Shown here piece by piece: positions 35,679-47,609 of a stretch of 64,000 nucleotides of DNA. Numbering within the stretch: position 1 is the stretch's first letter; the number at the start of each line of letters is the position of its first letter. The notes under the pieces are model-generated. The model was given only the letters and a program-made list of their open reading frames with translations. It was not told the origin of the DNA and ran no database searches. The position numbers and the translations under genes were made by a program. This DNA comes from a virus. The stretch is from positions 1-64,000 of the IMG/VR virus record IMGVR_UViG_3300025237_000002; one strand, given 5' to 3'.

Positions 35679-36461
35679 ATGAAAAAAGATGATTTAGGGG
35701 ATAGAATGAAAGGTTATGAAGCCGTTACTAAGTACAAGTTGCTTAGAAGAGGTTATACTATGATTAGAATTGATGGTAAGGCTTTTCACACCTATACAAA
35801 AGGTCTTATACGTCCATTTGATATGGGGTTGGTTGAAGATATGGATGCTACTGCTAAGTATCTTTGTAAAGAGATTCAAGGTGCTGTATGTGCATTCGTT
35901 CAATCTGATGAGATTAGTATTTTGTTATGTGATTTTGAAAATAGAAATACAAGCGCATGGTATGATAATTCATTACAAAAAATGTGTAGTGTTTCAGCAT
36001 CATTGGCAACAGCTAAATTTAATCAATTAAGAACTTCAAGAGTTATAAGTGCTGGAAAAATACTAACTGAATTTGATAATATTGTATTAGCTATATTTGA
36101 TTCAAGAGTTTACCAATTACCAGCAAAGTATGAGGTTGAAAACTATATGATTTGGAGGCAACAAGATACTGTTAAGAATAGTATTTCTAGTGTTGCACAA
36201 TCAATGTTTTCACACAAAGAATTGAATGGTAAGAATGGAAACCAGAAGCAAGAAATGATGTTTCAAAAAGATGGTACGAATTGGGATGGTTTTGACCCTA
36301 AGTTAAAGAGGGGTAGAATGATTACAAAAGAGATATATGAGAAGGAACCTGACGTTATTAGAACTAGGTATGTGAGTAACGCACCACCAACATTTACACA
36401 AGATAAGGATTATTTAAATGAATTAATCCCAGATAGAGAAATTAGTAGATTATTAGTATGA
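35679..36461 (+). CDS. tRNA-His guanylyltransferase Thg1-like protein
   Basis: RMKGYE, RIDGKAFH, QSDEIS, FDSR, WRQQD. Confidence 0.92.
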   Translation: MKKDDLGDRMKGYEAVTKYKLLRRGYTMIRIDGKAFHTYTKGLIRPFDMGLVEDMDATAKYLCKEIQGAVCAFVQSDEISILLCDFENRNTSAWYDNSLQKMCSVSASLATAKFNQLRTSRVISAGKILTEFDNIVLAIFDSRVYQLPAKYEVENYMIWRQQDTVKNSISSVAQSMFSHKELNGKNGNQKQEMMFQKDGTNWDGFDPKLKRGRMITKEIYEKEPDVIRTRYVSNAPPTFTQDKDYLNELIPDREISRLLV

Positions 36462-37243
36462 GAACATTAGTTATAGGTGATATTCATGGAGCTGGCTTAG
36501 CACTTAAACAAGTGTTAGAGCGTTGCGAATTCGACTATGAAAAGGATTTATTGATAACCATTGGTGATATTGTTGATGGTTGGGAAGATTCATTTATGTG
36601 CGTTGAAGAATTACTTAAGATACCAAATAGAATTGATATTATAGGTAATCACGATAATTGGTTTAGGTCATTTATTGACTCAGGAGTTCACGATACGAAT
36701 TGGGGTAACGGTGGTTTATCTACCGCAAAGTCTTACGCAAAGGCTGCTGGTATTGAGTTGTTAGTTCAAAAGCAAACAAATGAATACTTTGAACCAAGTG
36801 ATAAGTTTACTTTGAATTTGAATTCTGGTGATATTCCTGATTCTCATAAGAGTTTCTTTAGAGGTCAACACAAGTACTATAAGGATAATGATAACAATCT
36901 ATTCATCCATGGTGGTTTTGCTCGTAGTTACCCATTAAGAGAGCAAATGGATTATACTTTTATGTGGGATAGACATTTAATCACTCAAGCAATGTCAGCT
37001 AAATCAACTGGTACAAAATTAACATTTGTTGAAGAGTTCAATCAAATATATTTAGGTCATACCGCAACATTAAATTGGAAGACCGATAAACCAATTTATG
37101 CTGATAAGATTTGGAATGTAGATACTGGTGCTGGTGGTGGTGGTAAATTGACGATAATGGATATTGATACCAATAAATATTGGCAATCAGATAACGTACC
37201 TAGTCTGTATCCAGACGATGAACATAATTTAAGAAATAAATAA
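36458..37243 (+). CDS. Calcineurin-like metallophosphoesterase
   Basis: GDIHG, GDIVD, GNHD, HGG, GHT, DTG. Confidence 0.92.
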   Translation: MRTLVIGDIHGAGLALKQVLERCEFDYEKDLLITIGDIVDGWEDSFMCVEELLKIPNRIDIIGNHDNWFRSFIDSGVHDTNWGNGGLSTAKSYAKAAGIELLVQKQTNEYFEPSDKFTLNLNSGDIPDSHKSFFRGQHKYYKDNDNNLFIHGGFARSYPLREQMDYTFMWDRHLITQAMSAKSTGTKLTFVEEFNQIYLGHTATLNWKTDKPIYADKIWNVDTGAGGGGKLTIMDIDTNKYWQSDNVPSLYPDDEHNLRNK

Positions 37244-37251
37244 AAAACAAT

Positions 37252-38343
37252 ATGAGTAAAGAAAAAGAATTCCTTAAGGATTATATTAAAACCCCATCAC
37301 CGAGTGGGTATGAAATGCAATTAGGTGGACAAAAGGTGTGGATTGATTATGTATCACAATATGCTAATAGGGTCGAGGTTGATAACTATGGAAATGCTTA
37401 TGCTTATTACGGAAGTAGAATTGTTGAAGATGGTGTTGTTACTAAAAAAAGAAAACCCCACACCGTATTGCTAGACGCACATGCTGACGAAATTGGATTT
37501 TTTGTATTTGATATTACGTCTAAAGGGTTCCTTAAAATCGGTTGTCTAGGTGGAAGTGATATTACAATAGCACCATCATCTAGAGTGAATATATGGACTA
37601 AAAACGGTCCAGTTAAAGGTGTTTTTGGACACCCAGCTATTCATGTACATGGACGTAAATTTGAGGCTAAAAAAGAAGATATGTTTGTTGATATCGGAGT
37701 GTCATCTAAGAAAAAAGTGAGTAAATTAGGTATTGTAGTTGGTGACCCAATCACAATGGTTGACGGTTATATGGAATTAGGTGATTATCACTGTGGTAGA
37801 GCGTTAGATGACAAAATAGGTGGTTATATAACTTCTCAAGTATTACGAAGTTTAAGTGAGAATGAGATAGAATTGTCTTTTGAATTGGTTATCGTTAATG
37901 CAGTTCAAGAAGAAGTTGGATTATATGGTGCTAAAATGGCAGCGCAAAGGGTTAAACCTGACGTTGCAATCGCAATTGATGTTACGCATGACACAACAAG
38001 TCCATGTTATAACCCAAATAAACAAGGTTCTTTAACTGCTGGTAATGGTATTGTTATAATGACAGCACCATCATTACATAAAAAAGTTGTGGAATTATTG
38101 GTTGATACAGCGATTGAGAATAAAATTAAGTATCAAAGAATCGCAAGTGGTGGTTCATCAGGTACAAATGCAGACGCTTATGCATATCCACATGGAATCC
38201 CAACAGCGTTGCTTAAAATGGCAATGAGATATATGCATACAACTGTAGAGACAGTTCATAAAAAAGATGTTAAATCTGCTATTGAATTGCTATATAAGGT
38301 GTTACAAACACCAGAAATAACTGAATCATTTAAGTATGATTAG
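37252..38343 (+). CDS. M42 family metallopeptidase
   Basis: AHADEIG, LDDKIG, QEEVG, DVTH, RYMHT. Confidence 0.92.
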   Translation: MSKEKEFLKDYIKTPSPSGYEMQLGGQKVWIDYVSQYANRVEVDNYGNAYAYYGSRIVEDGVVTKKRKPHTVLLDAHADEIGFFVFDITSKGFLKIGCLGGSDITIAPSSRVNIWTKNGPVKGVFGHPAIHVHGRKFEAKKEDMFVDIGVSSKKKVSKLGIVVGDPITMVDGYMELGDYHCGRALDDKIGGYITSQVLRSLSENEIELSFELVIVNAVQEEVGLYGAKMAAQRVKPDVAIAIDVTHDTTSPCYNPNKQGSLTAGNGIVIMTAPSLHKKVVELLVDTAIENKIKYQRIASGGSSGTNADAYAYPHGIPTALLKMAMRYMHTTVETVHKKDVKSAIELLYKVLQTPEITESFKYD

Positions 38344-38390
38344 TTAAATTACCGTCTGTAAGTGGGACCTTAGACACCCACAAAATTATT

Positions 38391-38972
38391 ATGAATAACA
38401 AAGAAATAATTAAAGAAGAATTAAGAAAAAAATTATTATTAGAGAAAAAAGGAGATTCACATAGCTACGGGTGTGTGATGTTATTTTTTGATATTGGAAA
38501 AGGTAACTGGAAAAAGATTCAATCATTGATTGATGATGATGACATTTACACTGAGGAAGGTGACCAAAGTTATGGGAGAGAGAATGAACCTCACGTAACC
38601 ATTTTATATGGTTTACATGATGATATTGAAGACTCTACAATTGAAGCTTTGATTGATGAAATTAAACCGACTAAATTGACGCTTAAGAAAATCTCATTAT
38701 TTGAGAACGATAAGTTTGATGTGGTTAAATTTGATGTAATTGGAGTGAGTGAAGGTAGATTAGGTAAAATGAATGCTAAGTTCGCTGAATTACCTCATAC
38801 AACTGACTTCCCAGACTATCACCCACATGCAACTATTGCATATGTTAAAGCTGGAACAGGTAAGAAATACATTCAAACCCTATCAAGCGAAGACGCAATT
38901 ACTGTTGAATGTAATGACGTGGTATATAGCAAAGCTGATGATACTAAAAACAAATATAAATTGAAGAAATGA
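38391..38972 (+). CDS. 2H phosphoesterase, Acb1 (T4 57B)-like
   Basis: Two HxT motifs: HVTILYG and HATIAY. Confidence 0.75.
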   Translation: MNNKEIIKEELRKKLLLEKKGDSHSYGCVMLFFDIGKGNWKKIQSLIDDDDIYTEEGDQSYGRENEPHVTILYGLHDDIEDSTIEALIDEIKPTKLTLKKISLFENDKFDVVKFDVIGVSEGRLGKMNAKFAELPHTTDFPDYHPHATIAYVKAGTGKKYIQTLSSEDAITVECNDVVYSKADDTKNKYKLKK

Positions 38973-39487
38973 GAGGAAACAAGAGAGTAAGCTATGGTTC
39001 AAATAGGGATGAATATGTGATAATTGAATCATTATCAGATGAAATAAGATTTGCGCAATGTATGAAATTATACAAATCGTTTGGTACCATTGACAAGTTG
39101 GAGGACTCATTAAAGAAAAAGACGTTAAATAAGATAAAACAAACTTTCTAATGAGACTAGACTATAAGAAGTTAAATAAAGAATTCCCTAAAGCAACTAT
39201 TTTGTTAGGGGCTTTGATTAATACACCAAATAAGTTAATAAAATTCTTTGACTCAAATGGTGTTAGGGTTTATTTAGGTTACGGAGCCAGTGGTGGAACT
39301 AGTGTTGAAGTTTATCGTAAGAGAACTTCTAAGGAGTTTAAAAAACTAAATCCAAATTCTAACTTAGACGTGAACTGGCAAATGACCAGAGTTGGAATCA
39401 TTAATAGCTTTAGAACTAGAGATGAAGCCTATAAAGTTGGGTTTGAGGAAGCATTCAAACAATTAGAATATTTAATAAATAATAAAG

Positions 39488-39892
39488 ATGAAAACACAAA
39501 TTAAAAACGACATGGTACAAGCCATGAAAGATAAGAATGTTGTCGCTAGAGACATTCTTAGAGTGCTTATGGGTGAAATCCAAAGGGACGAAAATACCAT
39601 TAAAGGTGGTAAAGTTGAAGTAACTGATGAAGCCATTCAAAAGATGGTTAAGAAGTTAATTGAAAGTGTTAAAGAATCTGGTGATAATGGTGAAATTGAA
39701 TTGTTAGAAGGGTATTTACCTCAACAATTAACAAACGATGAGATGATAGGTCACGCTAGAGTGTTCATCGAATCAAATAATCTTAGCTCTCCAAAAGAAA
39801 TGGGACGAGTTATGGGCTACTTTAGTCAAGCATTTGCGGGAACGTATGATGGTAAGGCTTTAAGTGGTATTGTTAAAAATTTATTGACATGA
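39488..39892 (+). CDS. GatB/YqeY domain protein
   Basis: QAMKDK...LR, YLPQQL, EMGRVMG, DGKALS. Confidence 0.88.
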   Translation: MKTQIKNDMVQAMKDKNVVARDILRVLMGEIQRDENTIKGGKVEVTDEAIQKMVKKLIESVKESGDNGEIELLEGYLPQQLTNDEMIGHARVFIESNNLSSPKEMGRVMGYFSQAFAGTYDGKALSGIVKNLLT

Positions 39893-40302
39893 TAGAACTA
39901 TTAATAGTAATGTACATTATATTTGGTCATTTTATTGCTGATTTTGTTATGCAATCTCGTGAAATGGCTGTCAATAAAAGCTCTAGCACCTATTGGTTGA
40001 CTAGACATATCTTAGCATACGGTAAAACGATGCTCTTTATTGGTTTTATCTTTGTGTTAGTTATGTTCATATTTGGCACAAATTTATTTCATTTAATACC
40101 ATTGATAATAGGATATGTTTTATTGAATATGGGGTTACATTGGGTGACTGATTATTTTACTAGTAAAGAAACTACTAGATTATACTTAAAAGAAAGTAAA
40201 AAAATAGAACCTAATTATCATAATTTTTTTGTTATGATAGGGTTTGACCAATTAATTCATCTGCTCTGTTTAATAGGGACATACGGGTTATTTTATATAT
40301 AA
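39889..40302 (+). CDS. DUF3307 membrane protein
   Basis: GHFIADF..Q, H..TD, GFDQLIH. Confidence 0.8.
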   Translation: MIELLIVMYIIFGHFIADFVMQSREMAVNKSSSTYWLTRHILAYGKTMLFIGFIFVLVMFIFGTNLFHLIPLIIGYVLLNMGLHWVTDYFTSKETTRLYLKESKKIEPNYHNFFVMIGFDQLIHLLCLIGTYGLFYI

Positions 40303-40445
40303 ATATGCAAGTCGTAAACTGAAAAAGGGTTAACAGTAGGTCTTGATACAACCCAGTAACCTTGCGGGGCACATATCCCCAATACACCAAGCCTTTAATA
40401 TGTGTGGTAGGTGAGAAAGCTGTTAGGTATCAGGCTTGTATATTT
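40301..40445 (+). ncRNA. ~145-nt structured RNA candidate
   Basis: Closing stem AAATATGCAAGTC/GGCTTGTATATTT with several crossing internal pairings. Confidence 0.45.
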
Positions 40446-40999
40446 TTTTATAAAAATATTAGGTTATATCAATTATATTAAGTATCTTTGCATAGTAATA
40501 ATCAAAAAATAGAAAATTATGTTTTTAGAAATCACTTTTATAATATTCCTTATTATCGGCATCTTTTTAATTGCTACATCTGATTATGAATCACTTGGTG
40601 GATGGGTTTTAATAAGTATTTCGGTATTTGTCGTATTTTTTAATACGATTGAACTTTCAACATCTGAGTATGATTATGAAGTTTTAGTTGCAGAACGAGA
40701 TTCTTATCAATTATCACTAGATGGATTGAGGGCAATAGGTCAAGATTTTGAGACCTTAGCTATAGGTCAGGACATCGTTGATTTTAATAAACTTATCGCA
40801 GTTGAGAAGGTTCAAAATAAATCATGGTTTTATGATATATATATTGACGATAGAATTGACTCTTTACAACCTATAAAATAATGGGAAAAGAAGCCAACAA
40901 CTCAGAGTGCTATTATGCAAAACATCTAAAGAGAATTATATCTGTTATTGAAAACAAAGATTTATTCAAAAATATTAATCAATTTAATCACGAGTAATT

Positions 41000-42034
41000 A
41001 TGGTGGAAATACAAAAAATGATTGACCCAAAAGATTATGAAATCGGAGTTGCAGTAGCTAGATTTCAAGGGAAGAGATTACACGAAGGACATAAACAAAT
41101 GCTTGACCTTATAACTAGTAATCATAATAAAGTGATTATCTTCTTAGGGGTACCTAAAATTAGTAATACGAGAAGAAATCCATTGGACTTTGCAACTCGT
41201 AGGTTAATGATTCAAAAATTATACCCTAATGTGGTAATCCTACCACAACATGACCAACGTTCTGATGAAGTTTGGTCAAGAGCATTAGACGCTCAAATAT
41301 CAACGCCATTCGGAGATGGAAAAGCTTTACTATACGGTAGTAGAGATTCATTCATACCACATTACGAAGGTAAACATACCACAACAATATTAACTGATAT
41401 TCCAAACGTAAGTGGAACTGAACTAAGAGATAAGGTAGCAAGTGAAATTCTTCCTAACTCTAGTTTTAGAGCGGGTGTTATATATGCAAATTATGCACGT
41501 AGACCAGTCACTTATTCAACCGTTGACGTAGCAATACATAACGACAAGGGTCAATTCTTATTGGCTAAAAAACCACACGAGAAGCATTGGCGATTCGTTG
41601 GTGGGTTTGTAGATAGAGAAGATGAGAGTGATGAACAAGCCGTTATTAGAGAGGCTTCGGAAGAAACCAATGGTTGTCACATAGGTAATATAAGATACAT
41701 ATTATCACAAAAAGTTGATGATTGGAGATATCGAAGAGAAGCAGATGGTATTATGACACGTTTATTCCTTACATCATATGTTTTTGGTAATCCTAAAGCA
41801 ACTGATGACCTTGCAAATGGTGGTGATTTGCAATGGCACGATATATCTTACTTCACAGAAGCTAGACGTATTGAAAATGAAATTATGCCTGAACACCAAA
41901 GTTTGATGACTCAATTAATTGAGAAAATCTATACTGATAAAATGGTTCCTAACTTGGGTAGATTCCACGTACCATTTATAGAGGAACGTGACCCTGATGC
42001 TGTAGTAGAAAACACCGAATTTATACCTAAATAA
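41000..42034 (+). CDS. nadM: Bifunctional NMN adenylyltransferase / ADP-ribose pyrophosphatase (NadM-Nudix)
   Basis: ARFQ..LHEGH, RNPL, SGTELR; Nudix box GGFVD..DES...IREASEET. Confidence 0.88.
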   Translation: MVEIQKMIDPKDYEIGVAVARFQGKRLHEGHKQMLDLITSNHNKVIIFLGVPKISNTRRNPLDFATRRLMIQKLYPNVVILPQHDQRSDEVWSRALDAQISTPFGDGKALLYGSRDSFIPHYEGKHTTTILTDIPNVSGTELRDKVASEILPNSSFRAGVIYANYARRPVTYSTVDVAIHNDKGQFLLAKKPHEKHWRFVGGFVDREDESDEQAVIREASEETNGCHIGNIRYILSQKVDDWRYRREADGIMTRLFLTSYVFGNPKATDDLANGGDLQWHDISYFTEARRIENEIMPEHQSLMTQLIEKIYTDKMVPNLGRFHVPFIEERDPDAVVENTEFIPK

Positions 42035-42035
42035 T

Positions 42036-42887
42036 ATGAAAAATAAGGACACGTTTTTTAATGCTAGAGCGGCAATAGGTTTTATCTTACACAAGATATC
42101 AGATTTCAATTACGAACCAATTAAAGATTATCTTGATAATCTTGATGCCGATGTTGAAGCTGTTAAACTTCGTTTTGGTTTAGGTTTTACACATAAAAAG
42201 GTATATCTTGATTTGTTAGAAATTTATTATAAAGATAGGTGGAATGGACATTTAACCTTATATACATTACTTCACGAGATAGGACATACCCTACGTATTA
42301 AAGAAAATGAAGACCTTTTAAATATATTAGAAACTGATGATTTTGAGGTTTATTTTAATAATGTATTGATTGAAGAAGCGGCTGCACATGAATATGCGGT
42401 TAACCAATTCAAATTACTAACTGGAGTTGAACTTAACGAAGGGCTTGAAGCCTCAATGCCCGATATTAATAGTGACTCATTTAGAGAGGTGATGATGCAA
42501 GTATTTAATAAAAAACAAAACTTTGATTCTTTTGCTGAATTTGGTGAAAGTTTAATCGACAGAGATTTTGTTTTTAAAACTAAAGACCTTTCATGGAATC
42601 AGTATCCTGATGAAGAAAGACATATTAGAGCTTGTATTGCGGGGTCTTACTACAATCCATTTAATATACCTAAAGATAGTGATATGGTTATGTTTAACGC
42701 ATCTACTTTTGAAGGGACTAGGTTTGATGAAAGTACTATGGATGATTATAATGAAAAAGATGTGATGATAATGAACCCATTTAATTCAAAATATATATCA
42801 AAAGTTTCATATGAAAATGGTAAAGTGGTTGAGGCTTTTAGGGTAGAAGATAACGAATGGGTATCAGTTGATTTAAACACATTATAA
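42036..42887 (+). CDS. hypothetical protein with an HExxH motif
   Basis: LLHEIGH...EEAAA. Confidence 0.55.
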   Translation: MKNKDTFFNARAAIGFILHKISDFNYEPIKDYLDNLDADVEAVKLRFGLGFTHKKVYLDLLEIYYKDRWNGHLTLYTLLHEIGHTLRIKENEDLLNILETDDFEVYFNNVLIEEAAAHEYAVNQFKLLTGVELNEGLEASMPDINSDSFREVMMQVFNKKQNFDSFAEFGESLIDRDFVFKTKDLSWNQYPDEERHIRACIAGSYYNPFNIPKDSDMVMFNASTFEGTRFDESTMDDYNEKDVMIMNPFNSKYISKVSYENGKVVEAFRVEDNEWVSVDLNTL

Positions 42888-43807
42888 TATGGCATTAACT
42901 TGGGAACAAATACAAGGTAAATTAAAAGCCTTTGATAAAAAGGATATAATAATATATGATGATAACCATGATGATGGTAATCAATTTATAAGTGTAGCAC
43001 ATAAGAAGGTAATTCAATTTAAAATTAGAAGACCTTTTATGAATAAATTAAAGCGTTCTGGCTACAAAATAGAAAGACGTGAAATAGAAAAATAAACAAT
43101 GGATTTTGACAACAATATTAAAATATTAGATAAATTATTTACAAGGGTATTTGCAAACAAAAAAAGTAAGTGGAATGAATTTAGAAAATTTCATAAATTC
43201 GTCATTGATAACCTCAGTGTTGAATTATGTGATAATTTAGGTTCAATGAGTAATATCTGTAAAGTACATAATACATATTCATTGCAATTTACAGCGAAAG
43301 ATTATCTTTGGTGGGGAATGCAAAACTATAAAAAATTGAATTTATATTCAATTGATAAATTTAAAAAGGACGTGTATAATAAAATCACTCAAATGGTGGA
43401 TGATTTAAATAACGAAGATGTGACAATGGAAGTTGCTGAAGAATTATTAAAAAAACTGAGGTAATTAAAATAAAAAGTTGTATCTTTGCATTAACAAACA
43501 AATACTATGAAATTACCTTATTACTCAAAAGAAGAAAAGAAGAATATATTGGAAGGTATGGGTTATACAGTCGAAACCATTAAAACGTTTCGTAGTGAGA
43601 ACGCATATCATAATAGAGTTGAATACACTGACACCACATCAACAGTAGCTTATAAGCCTACTACAATTAACATAGATGACTTTAAAGATAAAGAAATTTA
43701 TAAGGTGGAACAAAAAATTGGACTTAAAAATGTTTTTGAAGGGCTAGGTGAACTAGCTATGAAAACACTAATAACTAGACAAATTATTAACAATAACGTA
43801 TAACATA

Positions 43808-45475
43808 ATGGAGAAAGAAAGAGGAATCACAATTAGTTCTGTAAATGAAGTGGTATTACCACAAAGAAAAGTCTTTGACACACCAAGACTATTACAAGCT
43901 GATGCTTACACTGTAGGTTCAGATGGTTTTCAATCTGTGAAAGCTAAAGAGAAATCAACTTATTATATTGTCTTCCGTAGACAACTATCAACAGTAAACC
44001 CAACCTTATATAATAAGGGTGACGATAGAATGATATTTGAAGGTCTAGGAACTTATTTAGAAAAATTATTCTACAAACCAGTTACTCACGAAGAAATTGA
44101 TACCGCTAAAGAATTCTTGAAAACGTTCAAAGCGACTTCATTAGGATTAGCTGAGTATGCTTTTCCTGAAGCTATGTGGCGTAGAGTAGTAGACGAATTC
44201 AATGGTAGACCACCAATCAAAATTAAGGCAATGCCTAACGGTTCTGTGGTTTATCCTAACGAACCAATCATACAAATAGAATCAATGGTTAACGGTATGG
44301 GTGAACTAGCCGCTTGGTTTGAGTCAACACTTCTTAAAGTGTGGGCACCTTCTGAACGTGTTACCCAAAACGAACATTGGTTATCTAAGTTGAAAAATAT
44401 GCTTAGAAAGGTTTATGGTACTACCATGAGCGAAGAAGATATTCACTTCAAAGCATCTCTTATGCTAACAGATTTCGGTGATAGAGCTGGAATGACAAAC
44501 GAAGAAAGTGAAGTATTAGGTATGGCTCACTTGTATACATTTCCAGGAACTGATAACTGCCAAGGAGCATATCAAGCATGGGAAAATGCGGGAAGAGTTC
44601 CAATCGGAAGTTCAGTTAATGCACTAGCACATAGAAATATACAAGCGTATGACGTAGAGAATGACTGTTATGAAGCGATTTATGATTTCTGTCAAAACGG
44701 AGAATTCATTTCAATGGTTTCTGACTGTTACGATTTCTACACTGCGAATGAAAAATACATACTACCTCTTGCTAAAAGAAGTATTGCGGAAGGTAACAAT
44801 AAGGTAGTTGTTTCAAGACCTGATTCAGGTAATGCGAAAGAACAAGTACTTTGGTTATGTAGATTAGCTGTAAGAAATGGTTTATACACAACTCAAGTTA
44901 TCGATGGTGTTGAATGGAAATTCGCCACATCACTTAGATTTATTGAAGGTGATGGAATGACGTGGGCTGATATGTGGGAAATCATTGAAGCTTTATTAGA
45001 AGCTGGATTTGCACCTGACGCTTGGGGATTATTCGGAGTAGGTGGTGGATTAAGAAACCCACTTAAACGTGATAACACTTCAGCAAAATATGCTTTATGT
45101 GCAAAAGGAGATGACAACGAAGGAGTTGTTAAATTCTCAGATACCCTAGGAAAGACAACACTTCCAGGACCTTTTAAAATCCTAAGAACACCTTGGGCTT
45201 TAGAAAATAAGGAAACAATCGTATTTGAACATGAAGATGGTGACGATGCAATGGTGGTTTACTTCGATGGTAGTAACATTTGGAAACCATTTGGAGTAGG
45301 ACAAGATGATAACTTCTTGGTCACTAGAGACAGAATAAGAACACAATGGGATTCAATGCCATTGAACCTTACAACTGCTACAAATCATAATTATCCAGCT
45401 TCAGAGGCTATTCTAAATGAGCGTAGAAGATTACTTAAAATTCATGCTCCTAAGAAACAAGCTAAAAACTATTAA
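43808..45475 (+). CDS. nadV: Nicotinamide phosphoribosyltransferase family protein
   Basis: ADAY, DFGDR, GTD, SDCYD, RPDSG, EGDG, GVGGGL, RD. Confidence 0.85.
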   Translation: MEKERGITISSVNEVVLPQRKVFDTPRLLQADAYTVGSDGFQSVKAKEKSTYYIVFRRQLSTVNPTLYNKGDDRMIFEGLGTYLEKLFYKPVTHEEIDTAKEFLKTFKATSLGLAEYAFPEAMWRRVVDEFNGRPPIKIKAMPNGSVVYPNEPIIQIESMVNGMGELAAWFESTLLKVWAPSERVTQNEHWLSKLKNMLRKVYGTTMSEEDIHFKASLMLTDFGDRAGMTNEESEVLGMAHLYTFPGTDNCQGAYQAWENAGRVPIGSSVNALAHRNIQAYDVENDCYEAIYDFCQNGEFISMVSDCYDFYTANEKYILPLAKRSIAEGNNKVVVSRPDSGNAKEQVLWLCRLAVRNGLYTTQVIDGVEWKFATSLRFIEGDGMTWADMWEIIEALLEAGFAPDAWGLFGVGGGLRNPLKRDNTSAKYALCAKGDDNEGVVKFSDTLGKTTLPGPFKILRTPWALENKETIVFEHEDGDDAMVVYFDGSNIWKPFGVGQDDNFLVTRDRIRTQWDSMPLNLTTATNHNYPASEAILNERRRLLKIHAPKKQAKNY

Positions 45476-46005
45476 GATGGAACATAACGAAATTATTAAA
45501 ATCATTAACAGAAAAGTTAATTGGGAATCAAAAGAGTTAGTTAAACTAATTAAATCAGAATCAGAAAATCAAATTAAAATCAGTTTTTGTCATATTGGTG
45601 GTTATGAACTTTTAAAAGATGGGACAAAAACCGAAATCTGTACGTCATTAGAACAGGTTCAAGGTATGTTATATAATTCAGATATTGAATTTGATGAAAG
45701 TATTAAAGACCCATATATATTGGCTGATAAATATGGTGATGAATGGGGTGAAGGATATAATGATGGTGGTGGTAGTGGATGGATTGAGTGGGAATAATGA
45801 ATTGGATTAAGTTTATAGAAGATGATTCCAGTACATATCCCGAAGAAGGTGTTGATGTGTTAGTAAGTGATGGTAAACGTCATGACGTTGCTTGGTATAT
45901 AATGAGTGGTGACTATAAATGGCTTAAAGATGACGTACTAAACGATGATGTAAATGATTTTAAAGATTTCATTATCACTAAGTGGTCATATATAAATGAA
46001 TAATT

Positions 46006-46584
46006 ATGGAAGAAATAATACTGATATTAGAAACGAGTAAAGGATTCACAAAAATGAATACCACTATGAATAAAGTATGTGGTATTTTAAATACTATTGG
46101 CGACCTTAAGAATTGGCAAGTTATTAATCGTTACTCCAACACCAAGCATGACCTTATCAAGACAATTGATAGAGAATATATGCACATGAGAAAGAAAGGT
46201 TGGGATAGAATATTTTTATTCTTTGATTTACATGGAACTGTAATCAAACCTAATTATGAAGAGGGTAATGTGGAATTGAACTATTATCCCTATGCTAAGG
46301 AAACTCTTCAATTATTAACTGGTAGAGCTGACCTAGATTTAAACATCTATACTTGCTCACATCAACATGAAATAGTTGAGTATCAAAGACTTTTTAAATT
46401 GGATGGTATTCACTTCAAGTATGTGAATGAGAATCCTGATGTACAAAGTAATGGATATGGTAATTACGACATTAAACCTTATATGAATGTAATGTTTGAA
46501 GATAAGGCTGGGTTCTTCGGTGAAACCGATTGGGAACCAATATACAATCATTTTAAAGGTATATATGGAGAAAATAGTTTATGA
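46006..46584 (+). CDS. HAD-superfamily hydrolase-like protein
   Basis: FFDLHGT, YTCS, VNENP, KPY...FEDKAG. Confidence 0.7.
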   Translation: MEEIILILETSKGFTKMNTTMNKVCGILNTIGDLKNWQVINRYSNTKHDLIKTIDREYMHMRKKGWDRIFLFFDLHGTVIKPNYEEGNVELNYYPYAKETLQLLTGRADLDLNIYTCSHQHEIVEYQRLFKLDGIHFKYVNENPDVQSNGYGNYDIKPYMNVMFEDKAGFFGETDWEPIYNHFKGIYGENSL

Positions 46585-47609
46585 TATTAATGAGGTGTTA
46601 GAGGAATACGAATGTGATTGGAGGTCAGTTTTAGAATTGAAAAACCCAACATTATTTTTCCATGAATACCCAACTAAAGATACTGATTGGGATGATGTCT
46701 ATCGAGATATGTCAGGTTGGAATGGTGCTTACGTTGGTTCAGTTTATCTTAAACTTGGTATTAAGAGAATGGATGGATGGATGTGTAAAGAGATTATGAA
46801 AGGTGAAGAAGAATCCAAGTATACAAAAGAACAAATGGAATATATGATAAAGTATAACCCACATGTTCACCCAATAATAAAAACTAATTTACTTGAAAAC
46901 TTACAAACAATTTGGAATATATGAATGAAATTAAAGGTGGTGACGGTGTTTTAATAGTGGAACATTCTGGTTATTTTAAGGTATATGATTATGGTGATGA
47001 CTTATATATATTTTTAGGTCCAGATAAACAGAGTTTAAGAGATTTTACAATAAAAGAAATATATAATGAGTAAAACAGCTAGAATTGAATTAGAAAATAT
47101 TAAATGTTCTGATGGTTGGACTGGATTAGCCAACGATTTAGGGTATTCAAACGAAGATGCTAGAGACATTTTCGAATACGGGGAATATGGACATATTACC
47201 ATTGAAGTTGATGAGAATTTAAATATCATTGGCGGTAAAATACATCCATTTAAAAAATGAGTGATATAGTACATTATAGAGGTATTCTATATGAGGTTCA
47301 CCCTCAAAACAACGAGACCATTCAAGAAACGGCTGAGAGATTATTCAATGAGGGAGGTCATAAAGTAAGTGATTATTCCAAAGAATTTTATAGGGGTGAT
47401 TGGGTAAGAACACTATGCGCATATGCAGAAAATTACTTCCTATTCAATTATAAACTATATATAATAAAAAAAGAGGAACTAGACCCAAATGATGATATTA
47501 TCAGTGCTTCATTCAACGAAGATGGTTCTATTGATTTTGAACTTAAATACTATAATGGCGGTGCTAGTATGCAAGAAGCATTAGAATCTGCCATGAAAAA
47601 ATTAAATCT

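Noticed and set aside
40318-40420. Hammerhead ribozyme
   Set aside because: CTGAAAA does not match the CUGANGA core and the stems do not fit the topology
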